64,000 nucleotides of DNA from Harriotta raleighana (Eukaryota), in contig JBNZDD010013510.1 of the NCBI GenBank assembly GCA_050575255.1, positions 421,636-485,635 on the forward strand, written 5' to 3'. The notes under the pieces are model-generated. The model saw only the letters and a list, made by a program, of their open reading frames with translations, was not told the origin of the DNA and made no database searches. Positions 41,301 to 53,300 of the stretch are shown here, in pieces. The position numbers and the translations under genes were made by a program. How positions within the stretch are numbered: the stretch's first letter is position 1; the number at the start of each line of letters is the position of its first letter.

Positions 41301-44300
41301 ATCCATCAGCAATTGGTTCTTTCAAAGTTATTGAAGTTTGCATAACCACCTTATTAATCACATTTAAGCTCAGTCTCTTGAAATATCTTGGGCTGTCCAC
41401 TGGAAAAATCGCAATATAAATTCAGAGCAAACAGTGGGCCTCTGTCAGTCCTGCAGGAGTTCTTATCCTGATACGATAGCGCGGTTATAACAAATGGGAA
41501 GCTTAGAGGAAACGGCATCAGTGGTGACCTTATAGCCTGGAAGTCGGGCAGTTTTAGCACTGGAAGCAACTAGCTCATGGGGACTGAACCAGCCAACTGT
41601 GGGACTGCACAGGTTGGAATTTAATGATTCTCAACTACTGTAATAGAAGGCTCCAATTTTTGGATCAATGAAATGTTAATGAAAAACAATTGAAACTTAT
41701 ATTGTTGTCACAAACATCCCCCAGGGTTGTCTTCTCAGTACTGCTCAACTTTCGGAACAATGTCACATGGGATTAAACTGTAATGGAAACATCCCGAGGT
41801 GCTCCAAAATAAGAAACTTGGAGGAGTATTTACACTAAGACCTAAAACGTACCTCAGCCTTACTTGCGTAACTTACTTAGAAGGTTTCTCCACTGTCCGG
41901 TAGGTGTTGAAGGCCTGGAGTTGTTGTTGCACTCCAGTCAGAGAGTTGGCAAACTTCCGGCTGTTGAGGATGATGATAGTCTGTTCGATCCAGGTCAGCA
42001 GGTCAGAGGCCAGTTGTTCATATTTGTCGATCATTTTCTGGGTTTCAATTGCATTATCCAATACCTGAGTGAAGATGGGGGAGAGCTCAAGTCTGGTGAT
42101 TAGCAAAACAGTTTAATTAGCAGTATGGCAGATCCATTATAGTTCAAGTTGTACTGTATGATCTTACTCGAGAATACTGAATGCAAAGTGAAGATTATTT
42201 ATATCTAAACAGCAGTCATTCACCAAACAAACCTTTCCGATTCTCTTTCCCTCCACTGCTAATGCCTTCATCTTGGAGAAATAATGATAAAACGCCACTA
42301 CATAGGTGATTATTGATTTTTCATCTGGATTCTCTGTAAAAACATCTGTAAGAAAAAGATAAATGCAATTTGTTTGTGTGATTTTATAAAACAGGCTTTA
42401 TAATCAAGCAGATTATAAATTGTTATTTGTGTCAGAACTCTGTCAAGTGCAAATAACACCAAGAAGCATATTAATCCAAACAATAATTTGCAATTTTCCA
42501 ATGCGTTATGTCAAAATGTCTCAAAGCATGAAATTTGTCATGCCTGTGAAGTGCAAGTTCAGGGTGGAAACCAGGAAGTACATCTATATCAAGAGCATGA
42601 TTAATGACTGGAACAGGTTACAGAAAGAGTATTGATAGGGAGGCCGGAATGCTGGATTTGTTTTAATGAAAAGCTTAACACTGTGATGGGGTGGATATTG
42701 TGGAAGGATTGAGCGAGATCATGGCGATCATTCGGTCCAAATGGCCTTTTTCATGTCCAAAAGAACTTAACTCCAGTTTTCACATTCATTCTTAAGAGAA
42801 AAATGTATTTGTTTAACGTCATTTCGCTTAAAAAGTCGCACTTTGCAAGAACCAAACAACGGCATTAAGCAGGGTCTACCTGTATTGGGATCAATTGAAA
42901 TTTACATAACGTCCAAATGAAACCTACCTTCGGGGTCAAGGAGTTTGGTCACACCCAGCTTCTGTTCTGCAACATTGAAGGCCTGCTGCAGGTTGTGGGT
43001 AGCGTTCGATTTTTTCAGTTTCTTGAAATCAATCACATCGGGCCTGAAGAAGCAAAGACATGTTTCATGATGGGATCTGGTTTGTGTGTGCGTATGTATG
43101 CATGTGGTCCATTTAAAACATTAATGAATTGCAATGGATAATGCTTTCCCTAGAATCACAGACTTTAGGAATGTTACCCAGAATGGACAAGAGACAATTG
43201 TAGGTCATTTTAAACAGACGTGGTTGGATGGGATTGTAGCAGGCAGCTTTACCTTAACCAATCACAAAACCCAGCTCCTGAAAGTGACAGCCACACATCC
43301 TACTGGCAATCGATAAAAAAAATAATCATTTGTTAACAGATTTGAAAAAAAAACTACGTTTAATATAAGCTAAACAGAGGTACTGTACTTCCGAACATAA
43401 ACAAGTTACGGATCTGGATAAGATCGTAAGGAGCAAAAAAAGAGGCAAAGGGAAATTATTCTGAAACGAGAGACGGCGACGGTCTGAGTTATGCACATTT
43501 CATTGCAAGCCACATTTGATGGCCATTGCCTCCCTCCCTCCCTCACTCACTCCCTCACTCTACCTGTGCTTGTGGATAAGAGCATTGAATGCCATGCCAT
43601 CCTTCCAGCTTGACGTGAAGTTTGTGATGTTCACATTGGGATACCTAGGCACAAAAATAAAGTGTTTGTTCAGCCACGTGTCTTCCACCCCCAGAGACAG
43701 CAAAGCGTTCAGCACCACGTGCTTTGTGGGCCGAGATTAAAGGACGATCTTTGCACTTACCCTGCTGTCTTCATCTGGCACCAAAGGAGGAGGGCATCCT
43801 TCGCTGACCGAGTCTCACGGTTGTCATGTGTCTCTACAGTGATGTCCTGGATCTGAAATAACAGGCGACATTTGTAGGGAATAACGTTCAGCGACGAGTG
43901 ATTAAAAGCTGACAATCCCATGGGAGCTGCTCGGGTGAAGCCATAAACCATAACACCAGACATGTTTACCTGAACACAAAGCGTGTTTTAGCTCTGGATT
44001 CACACCAGGATATGTGTTTTTTTTAAAAACTAGACAGACTTTGGTGTTTGTAGAGTAATTTAACTCATCTTAAGCCTTTTATTTCTGTTGTCACCTCACT
44101 TCACAGCAGATGCTGATACTGCTGTCAATGAGACCTGTACAAAAGGATTCACGATTGCACCATAACCATAGCAGGTTTAATGAATGAGCAGCAGGTGATA
44201 AATTCATCAGTAAACACTTGGTTTAACATTGAGTTCAGATACACTGAGGGAGTGAAACCACCCGAAAGATTATTTCCATCCTGTATTAATTGTGGTTCTT

Positions 44301-47300
44301 CTACACCAACATCTGATCATCTGTAGAAGAGAAATTTCACATCTCATGCCACATATCCAATCACACGTTCAACACGCAGACCAAACAGAGGAATAGCAAT
44401 AGTCGATCGGACCAAATGCTTGGGCTTAGTGAGATAATGTTCCATTTGATAGAGAACTTCAGTTAGTCGTAATTTGAAAGGGATTTACAGAATAAAAAAC
44501 CCTGTGTCATTTATTTGAACAGCCCTACATTTTTTTTCACAAGCAGCAGTAGTTATGCAACAGCCATGACTGCTACGGTGCATTTGGTCAGTGGTTAGGG
44601 CAGATTCTTGAAGACTGGGATAACAGAATGACTGTTTGATGTACACCATACAATAAGGCTGCCAGCAGCAGTTTGAACATCTTAAGTGGTTGTCAATGTA
44701 CAGCAGTATTTGATTTCCCCTTCAAGTCTTGTATCTGGCAGATAATGTTACGTTAGGCCAAAATATGGGTCTAAGGAAAGACCAACAGAAGCAGAGCACA
44801 AGAACGCATTGATTCTTTCGCAATACCTCACCATGACATTTCCACACATTCAGGAATGTCTTTCGTTCTCCTGATTGACCAAGCCAGAGGTCAAAGAGTG
44901 AACTTTAACAAATAGTGAATAATTAACTCATTCAAAGTCTCAGCATCGACTCCCAATTGGCAACTATCTAAATGAATCAAGCTTGTGATCAGAACAATTA
45001 ATGGCATACTGTATTTATCTTTCAGTCAGAATTCAACAAGTTCGCTCCACCCACACTGATAATAATAATAATAATCCTTGCATTTGATATAGCGCTTTTC
45101 ACATCTTATCAACGTCCCAAAGCGCTTCACAGAGTATACTGTAAAGTGAATTGACTGTATATTTGTGGGCGAAACGCGGCAGCCAATTGCGCACAACAGT
45201 GTCCCACAAACAGTCATGGATTGAAATGACCAATTTTATTATTGTAGTTTTTTTTTTGGAGGGATTATTATTAGGCATGTGGAGTAAGGAAACTTGCCCA
45301 AGGTTTCGCCCTGATCTGCCTGGATTCGAACACAGGCCTCATGCTTGTAAGGCATGTAAGGCGAGTGCTCTAACCACTGAGCCACAGGAGCTCCACAAAT
45401 GATGCGAGATGGGGCAAATAAGATCATATATTAGATCTTTAGATCACACTTTCATCAAGTAAGTGCTGATGAGAGAAGCATTCTCATCACATACAAAGGG
45501 ACAAAGCTGACTTTTAAGATAAGGAATTCTATTTTAGTGCCAACAGTACATGGAATCTGGCGATTTTTTCCACTTCCCCAGTCAAGAAATGGGAGAGAGC
45601 ACTTGGGAAATGGGAAGGAACTCCATTTCAAATGCTATTGAACAAATCCACACAAAATTGGGAATAAACTAGTCGAAGTCTGATCAACTACTTTTCCTCT
45701 GGCTTCATTTATAGACGCTCTCGCAGATTGTATCCGAACAGTTCACCAGAAAGGATGGAGGATGTGGGACAATGGATTTACTTCAGAAATAGCTTGATGC
45801 TTTAATGGGAAGAGGGTCGGTGGGTAATCTGAGGGTATGAGACCAAAAAGACCAAAGAGATGTCATCATCAATACAGCTCCATTGGATCTCGCTCAATCT
45901 CACTCTGTACAATTTTTGCGATCTTGTTAGTTTCGAAATTGAATCTCCTTTCTCGGAATGTTTCTGAAACAGCTGTCAAAGTCAGAAGTTTCCCTCAGTG
46001 TTGTTGGAAGGTGATAAAAACACATCTGTTTCATGTTTCCACCCACCTGAAAGCGCAGGATGATGGTCCAGATGAGACCCAGTGTTAGCCTGTGGCTTCC
46101 ATCAACGATGTCGTGTGACCCCATGTTTTCAAGGTGCACTTTTTGCTCTTTCAGGAACTGTAGGGCCTTGTCTACATTTTCCAAACAATGAATACGCATC
46201 CGGCCCTTGGTTGGCTTTGGCTGAATGGGAAGAATAATGTTGACGTGCATCAGGTCAAAAGGAAATGCAATAGAAAATGAGCAACAACTTCACATTCATG
46301 CAATGTGCTCTCGTGTAAAGCAAACATCTAAAAAGCACCTCACGGAATGAGATTTGCTAGAAATGTAGTGAACATTATGAAGGGGAAGGAACAGTGACCA
46401 GTGATGTGCTGCAAACCACAAGGTGAGCAGCAAATTCATTGTAATTTGTGGAGAGAATTTGAGTAGAGGGAGAACATAAGACAGGGTGGTGAAAACTCCA
46501 CTTTATTTTCAAACAGTGTCAGGGAAGGCAGTATCTCTTCATGTTCGTCTGAATCAAAGCAGATTGGGATCTCAGGTGATGAATCAGCCAACAAAAACAT
46601 AATGGTCTGGAATATGCAAACATCTCCCCTTTAACAGAGGGACCTTTCAACCCTTTAAACTCTTTCAGCTTTGGGAACCTGCCTTCTTGGCCAGACCATG
46701 AGCTGAACTGAGCATTGTTGAGTGTTGAGGTCCTGCATGTGAATTTGAGGCCTGTGAATAATAGTAATCCTTGCCAGAATTCCCAATAATTAATCACAGA
46801 ATTCAACAAAATTTAGCACAAAAGGGCAAGCTCACTCTGAAAGCCTATGATTGGTTTGGGGCCAAATGGAAGAAACAAAATTGCTTCTTTTTTTGAGATT
46901 AGAATTAAGACACATTGTTGGGGGCAAAGTTTTCTTTTCATCTGGCTCACAATACACACTTCACCTGTTTATTGCGGAGATTATCAGGTATCAAGTGAGG
47001 AAAGGAAGTAATATTTCCACTCTCCAGCACTGTTATCCCCCTCACAAATACAGAAATAAGAAAATGCAGCGAGACATAGACGTAAACATTGGCAAACTCG
47101 ACAAAATAAACATTACAAAACACCCAAACCATTTTGCAGTTCAGAATGCTTCAGCGCACGCGAAGTTAATCACATCTGTGCATTTCATTTCTTCTTAAAT
47201 AATAGTGCACAGTAAATAGTGCATCGATTTCAAAGATGCTCTTGTGTAGGTCGTAAATGTCCATTGCAACTTTCTCAAGGCCTTGAATTATTCTGTTGTT

Positions 47301-50300
47301 GCAATCGACCACTGATGAATCAAAAAACAAAACAGTGACGCTGAAATGACACCCGATCCAAAAAACATACCAGTTGTTCTCCTGAAAGCACTTCCAGCAG
47401 TTTAATAAGCATACGGCCATCCCGCAGGTCTGTATACAGATCAGTAATCCGACAGGTTACACGTGCCAGGTGAGAGTTCACCCATTTTGTAAAAGTCTTC
47501 TTCTGTACAGCTTCTCGCTCGTCTGAAAAACAATTGTAGAATTTACTTTGTGGAATCAGGAGCTATCTCTCGATATTTGCACTCTATTGTGAAATGGTAG
47601 TAGTTTGCAACCATCATGAATCGATACATCAAGAGAAAGCTTGTAGGATTAACATAAAACCCAGGTAATGAACAAAGGTCATTTACAGGATCTCTACATA
47701 ATGTAGACTGATGGACACAGAAAACCGTTTGGGTAGGGCACCACTGACAGATTTAATGATGGGATGTAAATGTAATAACAACAACATAAAAGAAATCTAG
47801 TAGCAGTATAAATAGTTGCTCATTACATTTCAATGGAATAAAAACCTCAATAAGGTTTATAAATAATACCAAGTATTTATCTATTTCAATCTGATATCTT
47901 TATTAATTATATGGGCAAAGTCAAATCCTCCGTGTTTGCTGATATTTATGCATGTTTGCTGGTGTACTAAACAATGTTAACATGGAGGAAGGCTGATTTA
48001 AAGGTAGAGGGAAAGGCTCTGAAAACAGGCACGGATGAAGGAAGAAACTTATAAAGGACGCAATGTGAATGCAGGAAGGAAAAGATAGTGCTCAGCACAA
48101 AGGTAAAATTAAAAAAGAAAAGGAATGGTTGAAAGGATTGTGGGAGGTGGGAGAAGGAGACAGCTGGCAAAGCATAGTTCTGCCCTGCTTGTTGGAACAC
48201 AACCATAAAAATTATACAAGCAGATTAGACTCGCTTCACTCAATGTGCATTCCCAATTCTGTTCTCAAGCTCCTTAGCTTGGTGGTATTTTTGTTCCCAT
48301 CTTCAATGATTCACCAAATTGCAAAAGGGAGCAATGTACAGTAAATGCAAGTTGTTGTCGTTCATTTCAGGTCTTCAGTAAAGTACAAACAAACAAAGAG
48401 GTATAATGTGGGAACCCAGCTACAGCTGTATCTGGACTGGTATCGTGAGCAATTTCACACAGGTTGTGAAAGGTGACGTTTCAGCTCTGATAGGTGTCTC
48501 GACCCGAGTTCAGATGGGCTAAAATTACTGGCAGCAGATTACTTTAGACCCTGAAGCTCTCCAAAGACATTTTAGACATTTGCACCCAAACCAATTGGCT
48601 TTCCTGCACAGCATTCAAACCAGTTTTTTCTGCCATCGTTGTGTATGGCTTTAGGCCCTGTGTAATGAAAAGCCTGCACAATGGCAACAGCAAGACTTGT
48701 GTCAAATAAATTGCTCAAAAAGTACACTTATTTATTGGGGCTTCGAAGTTTACTTTGGGATGCAATAAGATGCGCACACACTTGGGGGGGGGGGAAATGA
48801 AAGCGGTCCCTTTCATAGATAAATCAACTGCTCACCTTTAGTGTTAACATAAATAACGTTTTCAGCCTCATTCAATGCAGATGAATAGCATGTAGAATTG
48901 CTTGCAGGATGGCCTGAATGAACAACTTCATTCGGTCAAGTTCAAGAACAGCTTGTGCTAATAATAATCCTTGCGTTTGATATAGTGTTGGGAGAATGTC
49001 GCAAAGCGCTTCACAGAATTCACTGTAAAGTATAATGTAGTGTGTGTTTCTGTAGATAAACTGAACTTAGAAATTGAAAAAAAAAATTGGGAAAGTTGGA
49101 TTATCCAGCCTTATCTACACTGGTGCTAACTACTCTAGCTACAAAGAGAATCAACGAGTCCAATACCAAAGAGAATCTTTGTTAAACTAACCCTACTCTG
49201 CATTTAATTCATGCTATACCTGAGGCAGGAGCGTTCGATCTGACACCTTGATGAACATAACAATGTAAAATTTCTCAAAAGCATTTGATGTGAATGAAAA
49301 AGTTGGTACTGTATTATGAAGTGTCCAAAAGATTCAGCAATAAAACAGGGAGGAGGGAGGTGATATGCACAGTGATTATTCATTTCAGACAAATATTCAA
49401 TGTGCATATCACCTCCCTCAATGATTAACAAGGAAATAAATACACAGCCATTTCCTTAATTAACAGTATCTTTTGCTTTTTTTTGAACTGAATTTCAGTT
49501 TCTATGTAAATATGTGTGTGTGAGGGGTTGGCGAGGGAGAATCCATTCCCCAATAATAACTGAGGTACAGGGAGCCAGATGCACTATACAGCGAGCACTC
49601 AATGTTACTGCTTCGAGTGATTTAAAATGGATGAAAAGTGCAAAAAGAGACAGTTCAGTGATAGTGACAGAGGCATAGCTTGGGGAGGAGGAAGGGGGGG
49701 AAAGCAATGAGAAAGATTATCTGATTGCAGCAAATTCATCAATGTGAAGTTCAGCTGCATCCTAGGCATTCGTTTCTTTGATGCCTTTATGCCATAATAA
49801 TAATAATCCTTGTATTTGATATAGCACCTTATCTGAAGTATATAAAGTATTTATCCCACCTTTTCAATTTCAGGTTGTATTTGAGATAAAAACTAACACA
49901 AGAAGAAATTCCACTTGCGTCTAGATTTATTCATAGCAGTTTAGAATATTTCATGTAATTTAACATCTCAATGAGTTTAATTCGTACCTTTGAAGTTGGT
50001 CTTCTGTCATTTTTAATAGAATTTTAGAGAAATCCTCCCAACATTAAGCTGTACTTAAGAACCTCTAGACTTTCCAAGAAGGCTACGTGAAAAGAGTTCA
50101 ATTCGTGGAATTTCTCTTCAGCAGTTTAACAATCTATGGATGAGGTGTGGACACAAAAAGTGCACATTAGTGCAGCCCTTGAAAATAAACTGGGTACGTG
50201 AGAAAGCACTTAATCTAATTCATGTGACACCAGCACTTCTGACATCTGAGGAATCACTAAAACACAGAGAATGGCAACATGATTCTTGGGACACTGAAAA

Positions 50301-53300
50301 ATAAATTCCCAATAACTCTCAGAATCTTGGGACATCTGTATAGGGCTGTGGTGAGATCGCACCTAGAGTATTGTGGGCAGTTTTGGTCTCCTTATTTAAA
50401 AAAGGACATACTTGCCTTAGAGGGGGTGCAGCGTGGATTCACTAGGTTAGTTCCTGGGATGAGGGGACTGACCTTTGAGGATAGGTTGAATAAACTAGGG
50501 CTGTATTCTCTGGAGTACAGAAGAATTATTGGGGATCTTATTGAAACATAAGATTCTTAAAGGGCTGGATAAAGTAGGGACTGAGGGACTGTTTCCCCTG
50601 GTAGGAGAATCTATAACCAGGGGTCACAGTCTGAAAATGAAGGGTCAGCCTTTTAGAACAGAGTTGAGGAAACATTTCTTTACTCAGAGGATAGTGAATT
50701 TATAGGATTCACTACCCAGAAGGCTGTAGATACTCAATCCTTGAACATTTTCAAGGCTGAGACTGATAGATTTTTTAAAAATAGAGGGATTAGGGGATAT
50801 GGGGATAGGACAGGTAATTAGAGTTAGGTCAGAAGATCAGCCATGAACTTATTGAATGACGGGGCAGGCTTGAAGGGCCGAATGGCCTACTCCTGCTCCT
50901 AATTCTTATGTTCTGATGTTCTTATCCTCCCGATGTGAAGGGCACTCTATAAAGACAATTTTGTCGTTGTTGTTGATGATGATGAATGAGCCAGTGCCTG
51001 TACCATCTCTGCGTACATCATGCTGGCTAAGTATAAACCGCGCTGTGCTGTTTACAAGACCCTAACCCGTGTGAAGGGCGCTATATAGATGCAAGTTACT
51101 GTTCTTGCTCAGGAGGAAGCAAGTGCGACAGCAAGCTGCAAAAAAACAAAGTGAAATTCTGCACCATCCAGCAATTTTCTTCCAGCTCTTTGCAACATAT
51201 TCTAATACTTCGCAAAACCGCAGCAGCACAGATCAACCACCATTCACACACAGTCGGCCAACGGACTCTGCAGGGTCATTGTGCTTGCGATGACACACCC
51301 CATCGTTAAACAAATTCAACCACGCCAGCCAGTGCTTCATGGTTCCTGAGCAAAGAGCTGTGGGGTCTGAGCAAAAATGTTTGACGTAGCGCTTTTCATG
51401 TTTTCTAGACGTCTCAAAGCGCCTCACGGAATATACTGGAAAGTTAATTGCCTGGATATTTGTGGGCGAAACCCTGCAGCCAATTGTGCACAGCAGTGTC
51501 CCACACACGGTTGTGGATTGAAATGACCAATTTCTTTTGAGGGATTATTATCGGGCGTGTGAAGTAAGGAAACTTGCCCAAGGTTTCAGCCGGCCTGGAA
51601 TTGAACCCAGGTCTCTTGCTTGTAAAGTGAGTGCTCTAACCACTGCTCTAACAAATGTACTGTGTGAACAGTTATTTTAAATTTTAAAACCGCACGTAAC
51701 TACATGCGCCATCTCCCAATATAATCATTTGATGGACAATGTAAATAAATAATTAATGTTCTAGAGTTCCTGAATTAAACACAGAAACAGAATAACCTCA
51801 ACAGCACATTAGCTGCATCTCTGGAGATTTTTTGTTCCCAATTTGGAGGCAGAATCTCAATCTCCATTGATACCTGCAACGAGCTTTCTCCTGCAGCACA
51901 CACAGTTGTCGGTCCAGGGCAGGTTGTCAATTGGAATTGGAAAGAAATGAGAAAAGACTGAAAAACAGAGAAGTTTTCTCTCCCTAAACTGCCAGGAACA
52001 TCTCAAGGTAGGTCAAGCAAGTCTACACACCACATTGGGTGATTGACAACATTCCACGACCTAATCCAAGAGGAATGGGTGAACATGTACAAGCTAAAAG
52101 CTTGGGACAGCTGAGTAAATTAACAATGGATATACGAGAAAGAGAGACATTAGAATGATTCATTTTCCTCTGGAAAATGCAGTGTGGAAAGAGTTAATGT
52201 GTACATATTGTTTTCAATGGCGAAAGGTGCTGGGCTGAGTGATCAGGCAAAAAGCATTGGGCAAACAGTGACTGGGGCATGCATTCAGTTTGGAGCTGAG
52301 TTTTAAAAGCAGATCTGGATTTCTGTAAAGGTTTTCATTCCAATTTAATTGTTAAAAAAAAACAGTTAGAATCACCTGCAGGCACACTTTGACAGTGCTC
52401 TCTGGTGCATAACAGCATATAATGCACAGTTCAAAGTGCTTCCAGTTTCTTTTCAGCAGCCTCGACACATGACTGCCTGACGGGTCTTTTATTTAATGAT
52501 TTATGCACTCGTTGTTTCCACTTCACCTGCTTGAAACACAGTCACAAGACCTTTTTGCTACCAGTAACTGGGTGCCCAGTACCCGTAGCTCTGGTGGAGA
52601 CTTGTAGCTCAGTGGTTAGAGCACTCGCCTCACAAGTGAGAAACCTGGCAGGGTGAAATCTTGGGCAAGTTTCCTTACTCCACACGCCCGATAATAATCT
52701 CTCAAAAAAAAAAACGATAATAAATTGGTCATTTCGAACTACAACTGTACGTGGGAAACTGCTGGGTGTAATTGGCCGCCGCGTTTCACCCACAAATATA
52801 CAGTCAATTCACTTTCCAGTATATTCTGTGAAGCGCTTTGAGACATCTCGAAGACGTTAAAAGCGCTATATCAAATGCAAGGATTGTTATTATTATTATT
52901 CTCACTTCCGCTTGTATCCCCCTACTCCCCAGTTCTGACTTTTATGCACATTCACTGGACCTTTCAATACATGTATTAGTCTTGCAATAGTCTTACACTG
53001 TGCAATAGTCTTACACCTTCAGTCTGGAAGCTATACCTATGGTCAATAAACACACTGATGGTTGGTTTCAAAGAAACATAAATGATTAACAAGAACACAA
53101 CCAAACGTTCTAAGTACTTGTTTTGGCTCCTGTCCCAAGAACCCACCCCATCCCTAAAAAAGACTCGCAATTAAAATTGACTTGATCTCTCTGAATTAGT
53201 TACATGCAAACAAGCTTTTATATACACATCACATACCTAGACAGCAAAGGTCTCATTTCTACCGTTTTATTCTAAGTTAAAGTGGGATATGGCTTGTGTT

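Noticed and set aside
45300-45395. tRNA gene (A and B boxes present)
   Set aside because: It is the head of a multi-copy SINE and continues into the SINE body and tail.
8177-47522. Assignment to SPTBN1 or SPTBN2
   Set aside because: Diagnostic segments and the bifunctional 3' exon fit SPTB better, although no phylogeny could be run.
49988-50010. Mini first exon MTEDQLQ with donor AG|GTACGA
   Set aside because: Phase 2, incompatible with the phase-1 CH1 acceptor.
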